Origin: an uncultured Polyangiaceae bacterium
GTDB taxonomy: Bacteria; Myxococcota_A; Polyangia; Polyangiales; Polyangiaceae
Assembly: GCA_964236615.1 (NCBI GenBank)
Contig: CAXSGV010000007.1
Span: forward strand, 7,279 to 35,509
DNA length: 28,231 nt
Reading direction: 5' to 3'
A program made the translations under genes and the position numbers. Numbering within the stretch: position 1 is the stretch's first letter; each line of letters begins with the position of its first letter. This document shows, one piece after another, positions 6,640 to 15,455 of this stretch. Under the pieces are notes generated by a model. That model was not told the DNA's origin, did no database searches, and saw only the letters and a list, made by a program, of their open reading frames with translations.

Positions 6640-9600
6640 TCATTCCCGGCGTTCGCGGCGTCTCTTGGCGAGGTGCTCCGCGGCCGAGAGCTGGCGCTCG
6701 ACGGCAACCGGCGGCGTCATCGGACCTGCGGATCCGGCGGGCGGCGCACCACGCGTCGTGATCGGAGGCGTGCCGGCGTGTGGCACGGTGCCGAGGATGC
6801 CCGGTGATTTCGACGCGTCGGCCGCGCGTGGGGTGGCGCGGTATTTCGCCGCGATCAGCTTGGCGTTGAGGCCCTCGAGGTCGGCGGCGCGACGCACTGC
6901 ATGTTGGTGCACGCGCTCGCGTTCGGCACGTGCTTCTTTCGAGTGCGTTCGCCAGCTCGAGGCGCGCGACGCGGCGGCGCTCACGAACGCGGGCACCCCG
7001 AGTCGACGCGCGCCGACGCCCATCACGAGCGCGAGGCCGGCTATCAACACGAGCGGCGCGCCGAGCGGGGTGTACGCGAAGCGACGTGCCGCGCGATCGT
7101 CGTACACGCCAGCGAGGGTGTCGCGCATCTTGCCGCCTGTCATCGTGGTGATGCGACCGAGCAGCGCGCGATCGCTCCCGGTCGGTCGAAGCTCCTCGCC
7201 CGCCGTGAGGACCGCGCCGGTCGTGCCGACGGCTTCGTTGGTGAGCTCGTCCTTCGCCGTCGCGACGTACGTTCCCGGGCGCGACAGCGGAACGTTCGCG
7301 CCATAGCGTCCGGCGCCGACGGCTTCGAGCGCAATGTCGCGTGAGAATCCGTCGGGCCCGGCGACGTGCACCGTGAGGCGACGAAAGGTCTGTGCGCGAC
7401 CGTCGTCGCCGACGACGTCGGCCCGCACGTGAAGCTCGCCGCCCGACGCGTCGCTCTCGAGCCGCACGCGCGGATCGTCGGCCTTGCGGGCGGTATCGCG
7501 ACCGACCTGGCCGAACATCTTCACCGCCCCTGGCCAGCGAAGCCAGCCGACTCCCCAACGGTCCTTGAAGTCGCTCGTGAACGCCGCCGATCGGCCGATG
7601 CCGACGGCCCACGTGGCGAGGACAGGATCGCCTTCGGGTCCCGCGAGCGCGATGGTCGCGCGCGGCTTCGGCACCGTGACCACGTAGCCGCGGAGCTCGG
7701 GGGCATCGTCGAGCGCGATGCCGCGGGTGGCGGCTGTGGGTGAGCCGGGGCTGATCTTGAAGGGGTTTTCTTTGATGGCGCCCTTCGACGCGAGGATGGT
7801 CTCTTGCGTGAAGACCGCGGGAAGCTTGGTCGCATCGTCGATCAAGTAGAAGCGGCCGTTCCCGAGCTTCGACAGCACCTCGAGCTCGGGGGTGTCGTGG
7901 CCGCGACCCAGCGAGATGACGCTGGTCGTGATGCCCTTCGCCGCAGCGGCGCTGACGAGCGCGCGGCAGCCGGCGAGCTGCTCGGCGTCGTCGCCGTCGG
8001 CGAAGAGGAGCGTGTGGCGGAGATTGACAGTCTCGCGTTCGAGCGCGCCGTACGCAGCGACGAGCGAGATGTCCGTGTAAATGCCGCCGCCGCCGACACC
8101 GACCGCGCGAATGCGGTTGGCGATCGCCACCGGATCGGTGACAGGACCGATCGGCACCGTCCATGCGACGTGATCGTCGACGTGCTCGACGCCGAGGCGG
8201 TCGCCTGCCCCGAGGAGGGAGGCGCTGCGCGCTGCGGCTTCGTTCGCGAGAGCGAGCTTCGTCTGACCGCCGACGGTCATGCCCATCGAGCCCGAGTAAT
8301 CGATGACGATGACCTCGGCGAGCGAGGCGCGTCGCTTCTCTTCCTTCAAGTCGAACGCGACGGGTGAGACCTCTTCGATCGGCGTGCGTGCGTATCCGCC
8401 AGGGCCGAACGACCGGTCGCCGCCCATGAGCAAGAGACCGCCGCCGAGATCCTTCGTGTAGCTGGCAAGCGCCTCGATCTGCGACGTCGCGAGGTCGCTC
8501 GCGCGAATGTCGCTGAAGACGACGAGGTCGAAGCCGGCCAGGCCACCAACGTCGGAGGGAACGCCGGTCGTCGATCGCTCGACGACCTTGAAGCCGCTCG
8601 CTTCGAGCGCCTTCACCATCGGTGCGCCCTTGCCGGGATCGCCCTCGAGCACGAGCGCGAGCGACGGGCCGCGCACGCGAACGAACGCGCTGCCCGTGTT
8701 GTCCTCGGGCGCGCCGTCGGCCTTGGCGTCGAGCGCGGTGACCTCGACGTCGTAACGGTGAAGGCCCGGCGCCGCGGCGGTTTCGCGGAGGCGAACGATG
8801 TCCTCGCCGGCGCCGATCTTGGTGCGGCCAGTGTGGATGGTCTCGCCGTCGCGTTTGACGCGCAGCTCCACCTCGGTCGCAACTGCGCTCGACGTGACGA
8901 CGCGCAGATCGAGCGCTTCGCCCTCATCGGCGCGGGTCGGTGCGCGCACGCTCACGATGCGTACGTCGGGAACGACCTTCTGCTCGAGGAGCACGACGTC
9001 GACTGGCACGTCGGCGGCAACGGCAGCGGCCGCCGCCGAGAGCGCATCGCCGCGCGTTTGCACGCCGTCGGTGACGAGCACGACGCGGCCCGCGGTGTCG
9101 GCAGGAAGCTCGGCGAGCGCGCGGCGGATCGCACCTTCGAGGTCGGTGCCGTCGCGGCCGATCTCGACGCGTTGGGCCGGCGGGAGATCGCTCTTCGGGC
9201 GCGGCGGATCTTCGGTCGCCGCCTCGGCGCCGAAGGCGACGGTGCCGATGCGGTCATCGTCGTGCATGCCCTTTTCGGCGACTTTGAGCTCGGCAGCGAT
9301 GCGCGCATCGGCGCCAGGCACGAGCTCGATCGAGCGTGAGCGATCGAGGCCGATGATGATCGTCCTGCGATCGAGCTGTCGTCCGACCTCGGGCTCGGCG
9401 ACGGCGAGGGTTGCGCCGAGCACCGAGAGCGTGGCGAGCACGACGACGAGCGCACGCCGGCTGCGCGCCATGCGCTCCGGCAAGAGGGAGAGACGCCACG
9501 CGAGGAACACCCCGGCGGCGGCAACGAGCAGGAGCGCGATTGGCCGATCGAAGCGGACGTACGTCTCCTTGATGAAGCCGGCGTGCGCGAGCCCCTGGTA

Positions 9601-9762
9601 GAGGAGTGGGGCGAGACCAAGAACGGTGATCGCAATGCCGCTCTTGCCGAAGAGCCCGTGCTTGCGGCCGCGCGCCACGAGCACGATCGCTACCAGTGCG
9701 AACAATAGCGCTGCAATCAAGTAGAAGAGACGCGGTAGCGGCGGAAGGTTGAAAATACTCAT
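6640..9762 (-). CDS. Membrane protein with two vWA domains and a class I glutamine-amidotransferase-like (GATase1-like) domain, 1040 aa
   Basis: Start reassigned to ATG 9762 (MSIFNLP), which gives an ATGA overlap with the upstream stop. Several N-terminal TM helices. vWA1: LDRSRS..GTDL..VTDG. GATase-like: LVVFSDIRASDL..GGGLLLMGGDRSFGPGGY. vWA2: IDYSGSM..FADG. Ig-like segments, a C-terminal TM helix and a Pro-rich tail. Confidence 0.88.
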   Translation of the reverse strand: MSIFNLPPLPRLFYLIAALLFALVAIVLVARGRKHGLFGKSGIAITVLGLAPLLYQGLAHAGFIKETYVRFDRPIALLLVAAAGVFLAWRLSLLPERMARSRRALVVVLATLSVLGATLAVAEPEVGRQLDRRTIIIGLDRSRSIELVPGADARIAAELKVAEKGMHDDDRIGTVAFGAEAATEDPPRPKSDLPPAQRVEIGRDGTDLEGAIRRALAELPADTAGRVVLVTDGVQTRGDALSAAAAAVAADVPVDVVLLEQKVVPDVRIVSVRAPTRADEGEALDLRVVTSSAVATEVELRVKRDGETIHTGRTKIGAGEDIVRLRETAAAPGLHRYDVEVTALDAKADGAPEDNTGSAFVRVRGPSLALVLEGDPGKGAPMVKALEASGFKVVERSTTGVPSDVGGLAGFDLVVFSDIRASDLATSQIEALASYTKDLGGGLLLMGGDRSFGPGGYARTPIEEVSPVAFDLKEEKRRASLAEVIVIDYSGSMGMTVGGQTKLALANEAAARSASLLGAGDRLGVEHVDDHVAWTVPIGPVTDPVAIANRIRAVGVGGGGIYTDISLVAAYGALERETVNLRHTLLFADGDDAEQLAGCRALVSAAAAKGITTSVISLGRGHDTPELEVLSKLGNGRFYLIDDATKLPAVFTQETILASKGAIKENPFKISPGSPTAATRGIALDDAPELRGYVVTVPKPRATIALAGPEGDPVLATWAVGIGRSAAFTSDFKDRWGVGWLRWPGAVKMFGQVGRDTARKADDPRVRLESDASGGELHVRADVVGDDGRAQTFRRLTVHVAGPDGFSRDIALEAVGAGRYGANVPLSRPGTYVATAKDELTNEAVGTTGAVLTAGEELRPTGSDRALLGRITTMTGGKMRDTLAGVYDDRAARRFAYTPLGAPLVLIAGLALVMGVGARRLGVPAFVSAAASRASSWRTHSKEARAERERVHQHAVRRAADLEGLNAKLIAAKYRATPRAADASKSPGILGTVPHAGTPPITTRGAPPAGSAGPMTPPVAVERQLSAAEHLAKRRRERRE

Positions 9763-11699
9763 CGAGACGCCACCGCGACCCCGGTCACGCGCTTGGGACG
9801 CCGTGTGAGCCACCAGATGTCGAACGCGAGAATCATCGCGGCGAGGAGCGCGAGCCAAGCCCCCCACTCGTTGTGCGCTTCGGCGACGTGCACGGCCGAC
9901 GTGGGCACGGTGTCGCTGCCCTCGACGTTGATCGGCTTCGGGCGGACGTCGCTTTCTTTGTCGCTCGTGAGGTTGGCGGCAATCGTGAGGCGACCGATGC
10001 GCGGCGTCGTCCAGCGGACCTTGTAGACGCCCGCGTGCTCGATCGCCGGAACGATCGCGAAGCCGCCCTTGGCCCCGATCTCGTGGTCGGGCATGCCGGG
10101 GCCCTCGACGTGGACCGAGGTCACGCCGTTGGGCACCGCGACGCGCAGCGGATCACCGGTCTTCACCGGGCCCGACGCCCCTTGCGCGCGGTGAAGCTTC
10201 GACATCTCCACGAGGTTGCGCACGAAGAGGACGAACGAAGCCTTCAGCGGCCAGTCGCTCTCGCCCACGTCGAAGCCGAGGAGCGTGACGGTGCGACCGG
10301 GGATCGAAGCGTCGGCGGCGAGCGTGAGCAGGCCGGCCCGAACGAGCGATGCCCCCGCGCCCTGCACCTTGAATGGCGTCGCCTTGGCGACGTGCACGCC
10401 GTCGAGCGTGAGAAACCGAAAGCGAGCATCGCTGCTCTCCCACGACGTGAGCTGCGGCTGCTCGGTCGTCGCGAGCACATCGACTCCCATGCAAGGCTTG
10501 CCTGCAGGGGGCGCAACGATCATCACGTCCTGCCCCGGGAGCTGATCGGGGCACGCGCCTTCGACGATGACGAGCGCGGTCGGGTCGACGTTCACGGAGC
10601 CGAGCTCGCCGAGCGTGACCTTCTGGAGGTCGACGTTCGGATCGGCGTCGAGCGCGCGGCCGATCCACGAGCCTGCACCCGCCGTCGCGAGCGTGACCGG
10701 CATTCGGTGACCGGAAGGTACGCGCCCGTAGGCGACGTCGTCGATCGGAAGCGCGTCGCCCGGCGAGAGCTGCACGGTGAGCCCCGCGCCTTCGTCGAGA
10801 CGCTGCGGCTCGAACGTGAGCACGACCGGGGTGCGCGCGTTCGCGGGCGCGAGGATGCGGCGTGACGCGACCGGATCATTGTGACCCTCGATCGACAACG
10901 TCACGAACGCGTCGCGCGGACGCTCCGCGAAGTTCTGCAGCATCACGAAGACCTGCGCTTGGTCGCGGTGGGTCGTCGCGTCGGTGCCCGAGCGAATGTC
11001 GAGGCGGACGATGGCCGCGTTGTCGGCCGCGTCGCCGACGGTGACGATCTGGGTCGTCATTCCTGCCGCGGCGAGGGGGCCCGGCCGCGCGAGCGCGCCG
11101 TCGGTGATGACGAGGATGCGGCGGCGACCTCCGAGCGAGCGCAAGCGATCGGCTGCCAGCGCGACTGCGCTCACGAGATCGCCTTCGACCTCGCGCACGC
11201 CGATGGTGGCGATCGCCGCCTTCAAGTGACGCGCGTCACGCTCGAGCGGTGAGATGACCTTGGCCTCGTGACCCGCTTCGAGCACGATGGCATCGGCGCC
11301 AGGTTCGAGGGACGCAATCGCGTCGACGGCGGCGCGTTTGGCCTCGTCGATTCGCGTGCCGGCTTTGCCGCCCGCGGACGTGGCTGTCCCCATCGAGGCG
11401 CTGGCGTCGATGATGATCGCAATGTGATCGCCTTCGATCTTGCCGCCGCGCATCGCCGGCCGTGCCAGCGCGATCGCGAGCGCGACGAGCGCGAGGATCT
11501 GAAGAAGCAGCGGAAGCTCGGCGACGAGCTTCTTGAACGGCTGCTTCGCCATCAGATCGCGCTGCGCCGCGGCCCAGAGCCAGGTCGACGAAATCTTCAC
11601 GCGGCGGCGCTGGATCTTGAGGATGTAGAACACGACGAGGGGAACGAGCCCCGCGAGAAGCCACAGTCCACGCGCTTGGAGAAGCTCGACGCCGCCCAT
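9759..11699 (-). CDS. BatA-like N-terminal domain + vWA domain membrane protein, 646 aa
   Basis: BatA-type N-terminus (LLAGLVPLVVFYILKIQRRRVKISSTWLW). vWA IIIDASASM..ITDG. An Ig-like segment (NAAIVRLD..VMLQNF), a conserved FVLFVRNLVE stretch, and a C-terminal TM helix after ESD/EW motifs. Confidence 0.88.
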   Translation of the reverse strand: MGGVELLQARGLWLLAGLVPLVVFYILKIQRRRVKISSTWLWAAAQRDLMAKQPFKKLVAELPLLLQILALVALAIALARPAMRGGKIEGDHIAIIIDASASMGTATSAGGKAGTRIDEAKRAAVDAIASLEPGADAIVLEAGHEAKVISPLERDARHLKAAIATIGVREVEGDLVSAVALAADRLRSLGGRRRILVITDGALARPGPLAAAGMTTQIVTVGDAADNAAIVRLDIRSGTDATTHRDQAQVFVMLQNFAERPRDAFVTLSIEGHNDPVASRRILAPANARTPVVLTFEPQRLDEGAGLTVQLSPGDALPIDDVAYGRVPSGHRMPVTLATAGAGSWIGRALDADPNVDLQKVTLGELGSVNVDPTALVIVEGACPDQLPGQDVMIVAPPAGKPCMGVDVLATTEQPQLTSWESSDARFRFLTLDGVHVAKATPFKVQGAGASLVRAGLLTLAADASIPGRTVTLLGFDVGESDWPLKASFVLFVRNLVEMSKLHRAQGASGPVKTGDPLRVAVPNGVTSVHVEGPGMPDHEIGAKGGFAIVPAIEHAGVYKVRWTTPRIGRLTIAANLTSDKESDVRPKPINVEGSDTVPTSAVHVAEAHNEWGAWLALLAAMILAFDIWWLTRRPKRVTGVAVASR

Positions 11700-11701
11700 G
11701 C

Positions 11702-12577
11702 TCAGTCCACCGTTCGCGACACGAAGCGGCGAACCGCTGCGATGGTGGGCTCGGTCGTGGTCGTGCGCACGTAGACCGCGCGGTGCCGCTTGGCGAGCCC
11801 ACGCATGGCGAGAAACAGCGTGTTGAGGCGCGCGAGATAGGCCTCGACTGCCGCGCCGTCGACCGTGACCTCGACGATGGCACCGGTCTCGGCGTCCTCG
11901 AACGCGAGGTCGCCGTCCCAGTCGGGATGGACCTCTTCGTAGGCGAGCACCTGGATGAGCGCGACATCGTGACCGGCCGAAGCGGCGCGGCCGATCGCCT
12001 GATCGAATGGCCCCGGGTCCATGAAGTCACTCACGATCACCAGCATCCCAGGGCGCGGCGATCGGAGAAGAACCGCGTCGATCGCCTTGGCGAGATCGGT
12101 CCCACCGCGCGGTGTGATCGCATCGAGCTCGCGAAGGACTTTCGGCAACCCGGCGCGGCCGCGCGTGGGCTCCGATACCCGCGTGAGGCCGTCGCTCGCC
12201 GTGAGGATCTGCGCGCGCTCGGAGTCGCCGAGCGCCATGTACGCGATGCTCGCGGCCATGCGCTTCGCCGCGTCGAGCTTGCTCGGCGTGCCCGCTTCGA
12301 GCGACGCGCTGCCGTCGACGACGAGGCGCACGATGACGTCTTCTTCTGCTCGAAACAGCTTGAAAACAGGCTCGCCGGTGCGCGCGAAGGCGAGCCAGTC
12401 GATGCGCCTGAGGTCGTCGCCGGGAGCGTAAGGGCGATGCTCTTGAAACTCGGCGCTACCGCCGCGACGCTTGGCGAGGTGATCGCCACCGCCGCCGGAG
12501 CGCGCGCGGATCTGCATACGCCGGCGCAGCGCCTCGAGCTCGCGCGCGAAGGCGGGATCGAGGAGCGCGTGGCTCAT
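11702..12577 (-). CDS. DUF58 family protein (MoxR-associated, vWA-like), 291 aa
   Basis: Start reassigned to ATG 12577 (MSHALLDP; ATGA overlap). Hallmark GGSAEFQEHRPYAPGDDLRRIDW, plus VDGSAS, GGTDL, VSDF and FEDAETG. Confidence 0.93.
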   Translation of the reverse strand: MSHALLDPAFARELEALRRRMQIRARSGGGGDHLAKRRGGSAEFQEHRPYAPGDDLRRIDWLAFARTGEPVFKLFRAEEDVIVRLVVDGSASLEAGTPSKLDAAKRMAASIAYMALGDSERAQILTASDGLTRVSEPTRGRAGLPKVLRELDAITPRGGTDLAKAIDAVLLRSPRPGMLVIVSDFMDPGPFDQAIGRAASAGHDVALIQVLAYEEVHPDWDGDLAFEDAETGAIVEVTVDGAAVEAYLARLNTLFLAMRGLAKRHRAVYVRTTTTEPTIAAVRRFVSRTVD

Positions 12578-14331
12578 GCCGTCGGAGCCGACTGCTCGGG
12601 AATCTGCGGCGAGAGCTGCGGGGCTTCGGGCGGTGCCGGCGGCGGCGCCGCGGCTTGCTGCATCGCAAGCTCCTCCGCCTGGAGCGCCGCTTCGGCCTCC
12701 GCAACCGCGGCATCGTGTGCCGCGACTGTGCGCGAGGTACGACGTGCGGCGGCCGCGAGCAACCCGAAGCCCACGAAGCCCCAAAGCATCGCGCAACCAA
12801 GGCCGCAGCCGATGATCGGAACCGGCTCGGGCGAGGTCTTGTCGAGCCACGAGACCATGAGAAAGGCGTAGAGCGGGCTAGGCGAAGCGACGACGAGCCA
12901 CTCCTTCTCGTGGGAATCCGCGAACGCGCCCCCGATCGCCGCGACGACCCATGGCCCCGCCGCGATGAGGAACACGATGGCGCACGCGATGAGCCGAGCG
13001 ACCCAGGGCGAGTTGCTGCGTGCGCGTAGCCACGACGTGAGGCCGACCACGAACAGGTAGAAGAGCGACGCGTACGCCGCGTAGACGAACACCTGCTGAA
13101 GCGCGATCTCCTTCTGCGGCGAGGTGCCGAGCGCCTCGAGGAAGATCGCGTCGACGAAGCCGATGCCGACGATGCCAACGAACCCGAGCAGCCCGACGAG
13201 CACCGCCGTCTTCATCAGACCAGGGCCGAAGAAGCGTTTGACGACCCCCGCGTGGGTACGTGCCCAGTGGATTCGCACCCGGCGCGACGGGCCCGCGGGC
13301 TCGAAAGCGAACAAGAGGGCGGAGAACAGAGCGTGAGCGCCGAACGTGGTGATCCCCGTGATCGACCACAGCGCGCGTTGCTCGTCCCCCACGGCGACGA
13401 TGCTGGGGACGGCACACGCGATCGCGAAGAGCGGCGTGCTCACGAGAAACCAGCGCTTGAGTCCGCTCGAGCGATCGTCGGCGTCGCCCGTGAGGTTCGA
13501 GATGGTCGCCTCGTACAAGAACCACGCAGGCAGCACGATGAGGAGGATCGGCAGCGCGACGAGGAGCGCCATGTACTCGAGACCGAACGGCGCGCGCGAG
13601 TAGGCGAGGGGGAGCCAGATCGGGAAGGCCTCGGGCACCTCGTTCCATTGCTTGTGAATCGCGAACGAGCAGCCGAAGCCGAACATCGAATAGAGAAACG
13701 GCCCGATGCAGATCGCCAGCATCAGCGTGACGACGATCGCGCCGCGCAAGCTCGCCATCAGCGAGCTCACCGCGAGGCCGAACGCGACCGCGAGCCCCGC
13801 GACGAGGAACAGGAACACGAAGGCGACGATGACCTCGGTCGCAGTGACGCCACCGAAGAGGAACGACAGGGCGCCGACCGGCGCGAGCACGACGATGTAG
13901 AGTGCAAGCGTCGTGTAGGCGGCCATGAACTTACCGCGCGCTATCTCCTGCGGAGTGAGCCCGGTGAGGAGCACGGCCTCCCACGTCTTGCCCTCGCGCT
14001 CGGAGGCGATGCTGTTGGCAGCGACGGCGGGACCGACGATGACGACGACGAAGTAGGCGATCGAGAAGAACGCCTGGAAGAGACCGCCACCGAGGCTCGC
14101 GGGCGTGGCGTTCTCGGCAGCCGCGATGCCGCCGATCGAGCACATCAGAAGCGAGATCGTCAGCGTGATGGCAAACAGGATCCACGGCGTGCGGCCGAGG
14201 CGCGCCGACTGCCGCATCTCGCGCATCCAAATCGCGTTGGGCTCGGCCGTCATGCGCTGGAAGAAGCCGCGGATGCCGCCGCGCACGACTTGCGAGGGCG
14301 GCGGTGCGTCGATCGGAGGAGCGGCGTTCAC
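12574..14331 (-). CDS. Large ABC-2-type permease subunit, 585 aa
   Basis: NAIWMREMR N-terminal motif and AANSIASEREGKTWEAVLLTGLTPQEIARGKF. More than ten hydrophobic segments. GTGA overlap with the ATPase stop. Confidence 0.88.
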   Translation of the reverse strand: MNAAPPIDAPPPSQVVRGGIRGFFQRMTAEPNAIWMREMRQSARLGRTPWILFAITLTISLLMCSIGGIAAAENATPASLGGGLFQAFFSIAYFVVVIVGPAVAANSIASEREGKTWEAVLLTGLTPQEIARGKFMAAYTTLALYIVVLAPVGALSFLFGGVTATEVIVAFVFLFLVAGLAVAFGLAVSSLMASLRGAIVVTLMLAICIGPFLYSMFGFGCSFAIHKQWNEVPEAFPIWLPLAYSRAPFGLEYMALLVALPILLIVLPAWFLYEATISNLTGDADDRSSGLKRWFLVSTPLFAIACAVPSIVAVGDEQRALWSITGITTFGAHALFSALLFAFEPAGPSRRVRIHWARTHAGVVKRFFGPGLMKTAVLVGLLGFVGIVGIGFVDAIFLEALGTSPQKEIALQQVFVYAAYASLFYLFVVGLTSWLRARSNSPWVARLIACAIVFLIAAGPWVVAAIGGAFADSHEKEWLVVASPSPLYAFLMVSWLDKTSPEPVPIIGCGLGCAMLWGFVGFGLLAAAARRTSRTVAAHDAAVAEAEAALQAEELAMQQAAAPPPAPPEAPQLSPQIPEQSAPTA

Positions 14332-15455
14332 TGGACCTCACCCTTGGTGACTTCGAGGAAGATGCGTTCGAGCTCGTTGCGTTCGGGCTCGACGCCGACG
14401 ACGGGAATGTTCGCCATGACGAGCGCGCGCACGATGAGACCAATCGTCTGGTCATCACCGAAGTAGGTGACGATGACTGTGCCCCCGGGGCCCGGCGCGA
14501 CGCGATGAACGCCGGGCATGCCCAGCAGCGCGGCGTGCACGGCTTCGCCCGGTGCGAGCACGCGGAGCTTCGCGGTGCGCTTTGGCAGCGACGGCACCAC
14601 CTGGGGCGGCGCTTGCGCGTCGGTGCGGTAGGCCATGCCTTGCGCCTGCGCGTCGTGAGGTGATTGCGCGTCCGAGCCCGCCGCGAGCGGCTGAATGGGC
14701 TGCGGTGGAAGCGCCGCCGCCGCGTTGGCCGCCGAAGAGAGCTCGAGCCGGCGCGCGATGTCCGAGATTGGCCCGGCCACGACTAGCCGACCGCGCTCGA
14801 GGATGGCAATCGAGGTGCACACGTCGGCGAGCTCGGTGAGGATGTGGCTCGAGAGGAAGATCGTTTTGCCCATCGCGCGCAGCTCGACGAGCAAATCGCG
14901 GATCTCGATGCGCGCGCGCGGGTCGAGATCGCTCGCGGGCTCGTCGAGGATGAGGACCTTCGGATCGTGGAGTAGCGTGCGCGCGAGCTGAAGCCGTTGC
15001 TTCATGCCCTTCGACATGGTGGCCACGAGCTTGTCGCGAAGCTTCGTGAGATCGGTGAGCTCCATGACCGCGTCGACGACGGCGTAGCTCGTGCCGGCGG
15101 TGGGTACGCGGTACGCGTCGGCGAAGAACTCGAGGTACTCGCGCACGGTGACGCGCTCGTACACGCCGGCGTGATCTGGCATGTAGCCGATGATCTTGCG
15201 AACCGCCTCGGGATCGATGGTGACGTCGAGACCATCGATCTCGACGCGGCCTGCGAGCGGCTCGAGCAGCGTCGCCATCACACGGATCGTGGTGGTTTTG
15301 CCGGCGCCGTTCGGACCGATGAAGCCGAAGATCTCGCCGTGCTGCACGTCGAAGCTGACGTCGCGCAGGACATCGAAGCGGCCGAAGCGATGCCACAGGT
15401 GGCGCACGCGAATTGCGGGCGCGGGGGCGACCAGAGGGGCGGGCGGTTCGCTCAC
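14328..15455 (-). CDS. ABC transporter ATP-binding protein (ABC-2 / DrrA-like), 375 aa
   Basis: Walker A GPNGAGKTT, signature MSKGMKQRL, Walker B LILDEP, H-loop LSSHIL. GTGA overlap with the upstream gene. Confidence 0.95.
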   Translation of the reverse strand: MSEPPAPLVAPAPAIRVRHLWHRFGRFDVLRDVSFDVQHGEIFGFIGPNGAGKTTTIRVMATLLEPLAGRVEIDGLDVTIDPEAVRKIIGYMPDHAGVYERVTVREYLEFFADAYRVPTAGTSYAVVDAVMELTDLTKLRDKLVATMSKGMKQRLQLARTLLHDPKVLILDEPASDLDPRARIEIRDLLVELRAMGKTIFLSSHILTELADVCTSIAILERGRLVVAGPISDIARRLELSSAANAAAALPPQPIQPLAAGSDAQSPHDAQAQGMAYRTDAQAPPQVVPSLPKRTAKLRVLAPGEAVHAALLGMPGVHRVAPGPGGTVIVTYFGDDQTIGLIVRALVMANIPVVGVEPERNELERIFLEVTKGEVQ

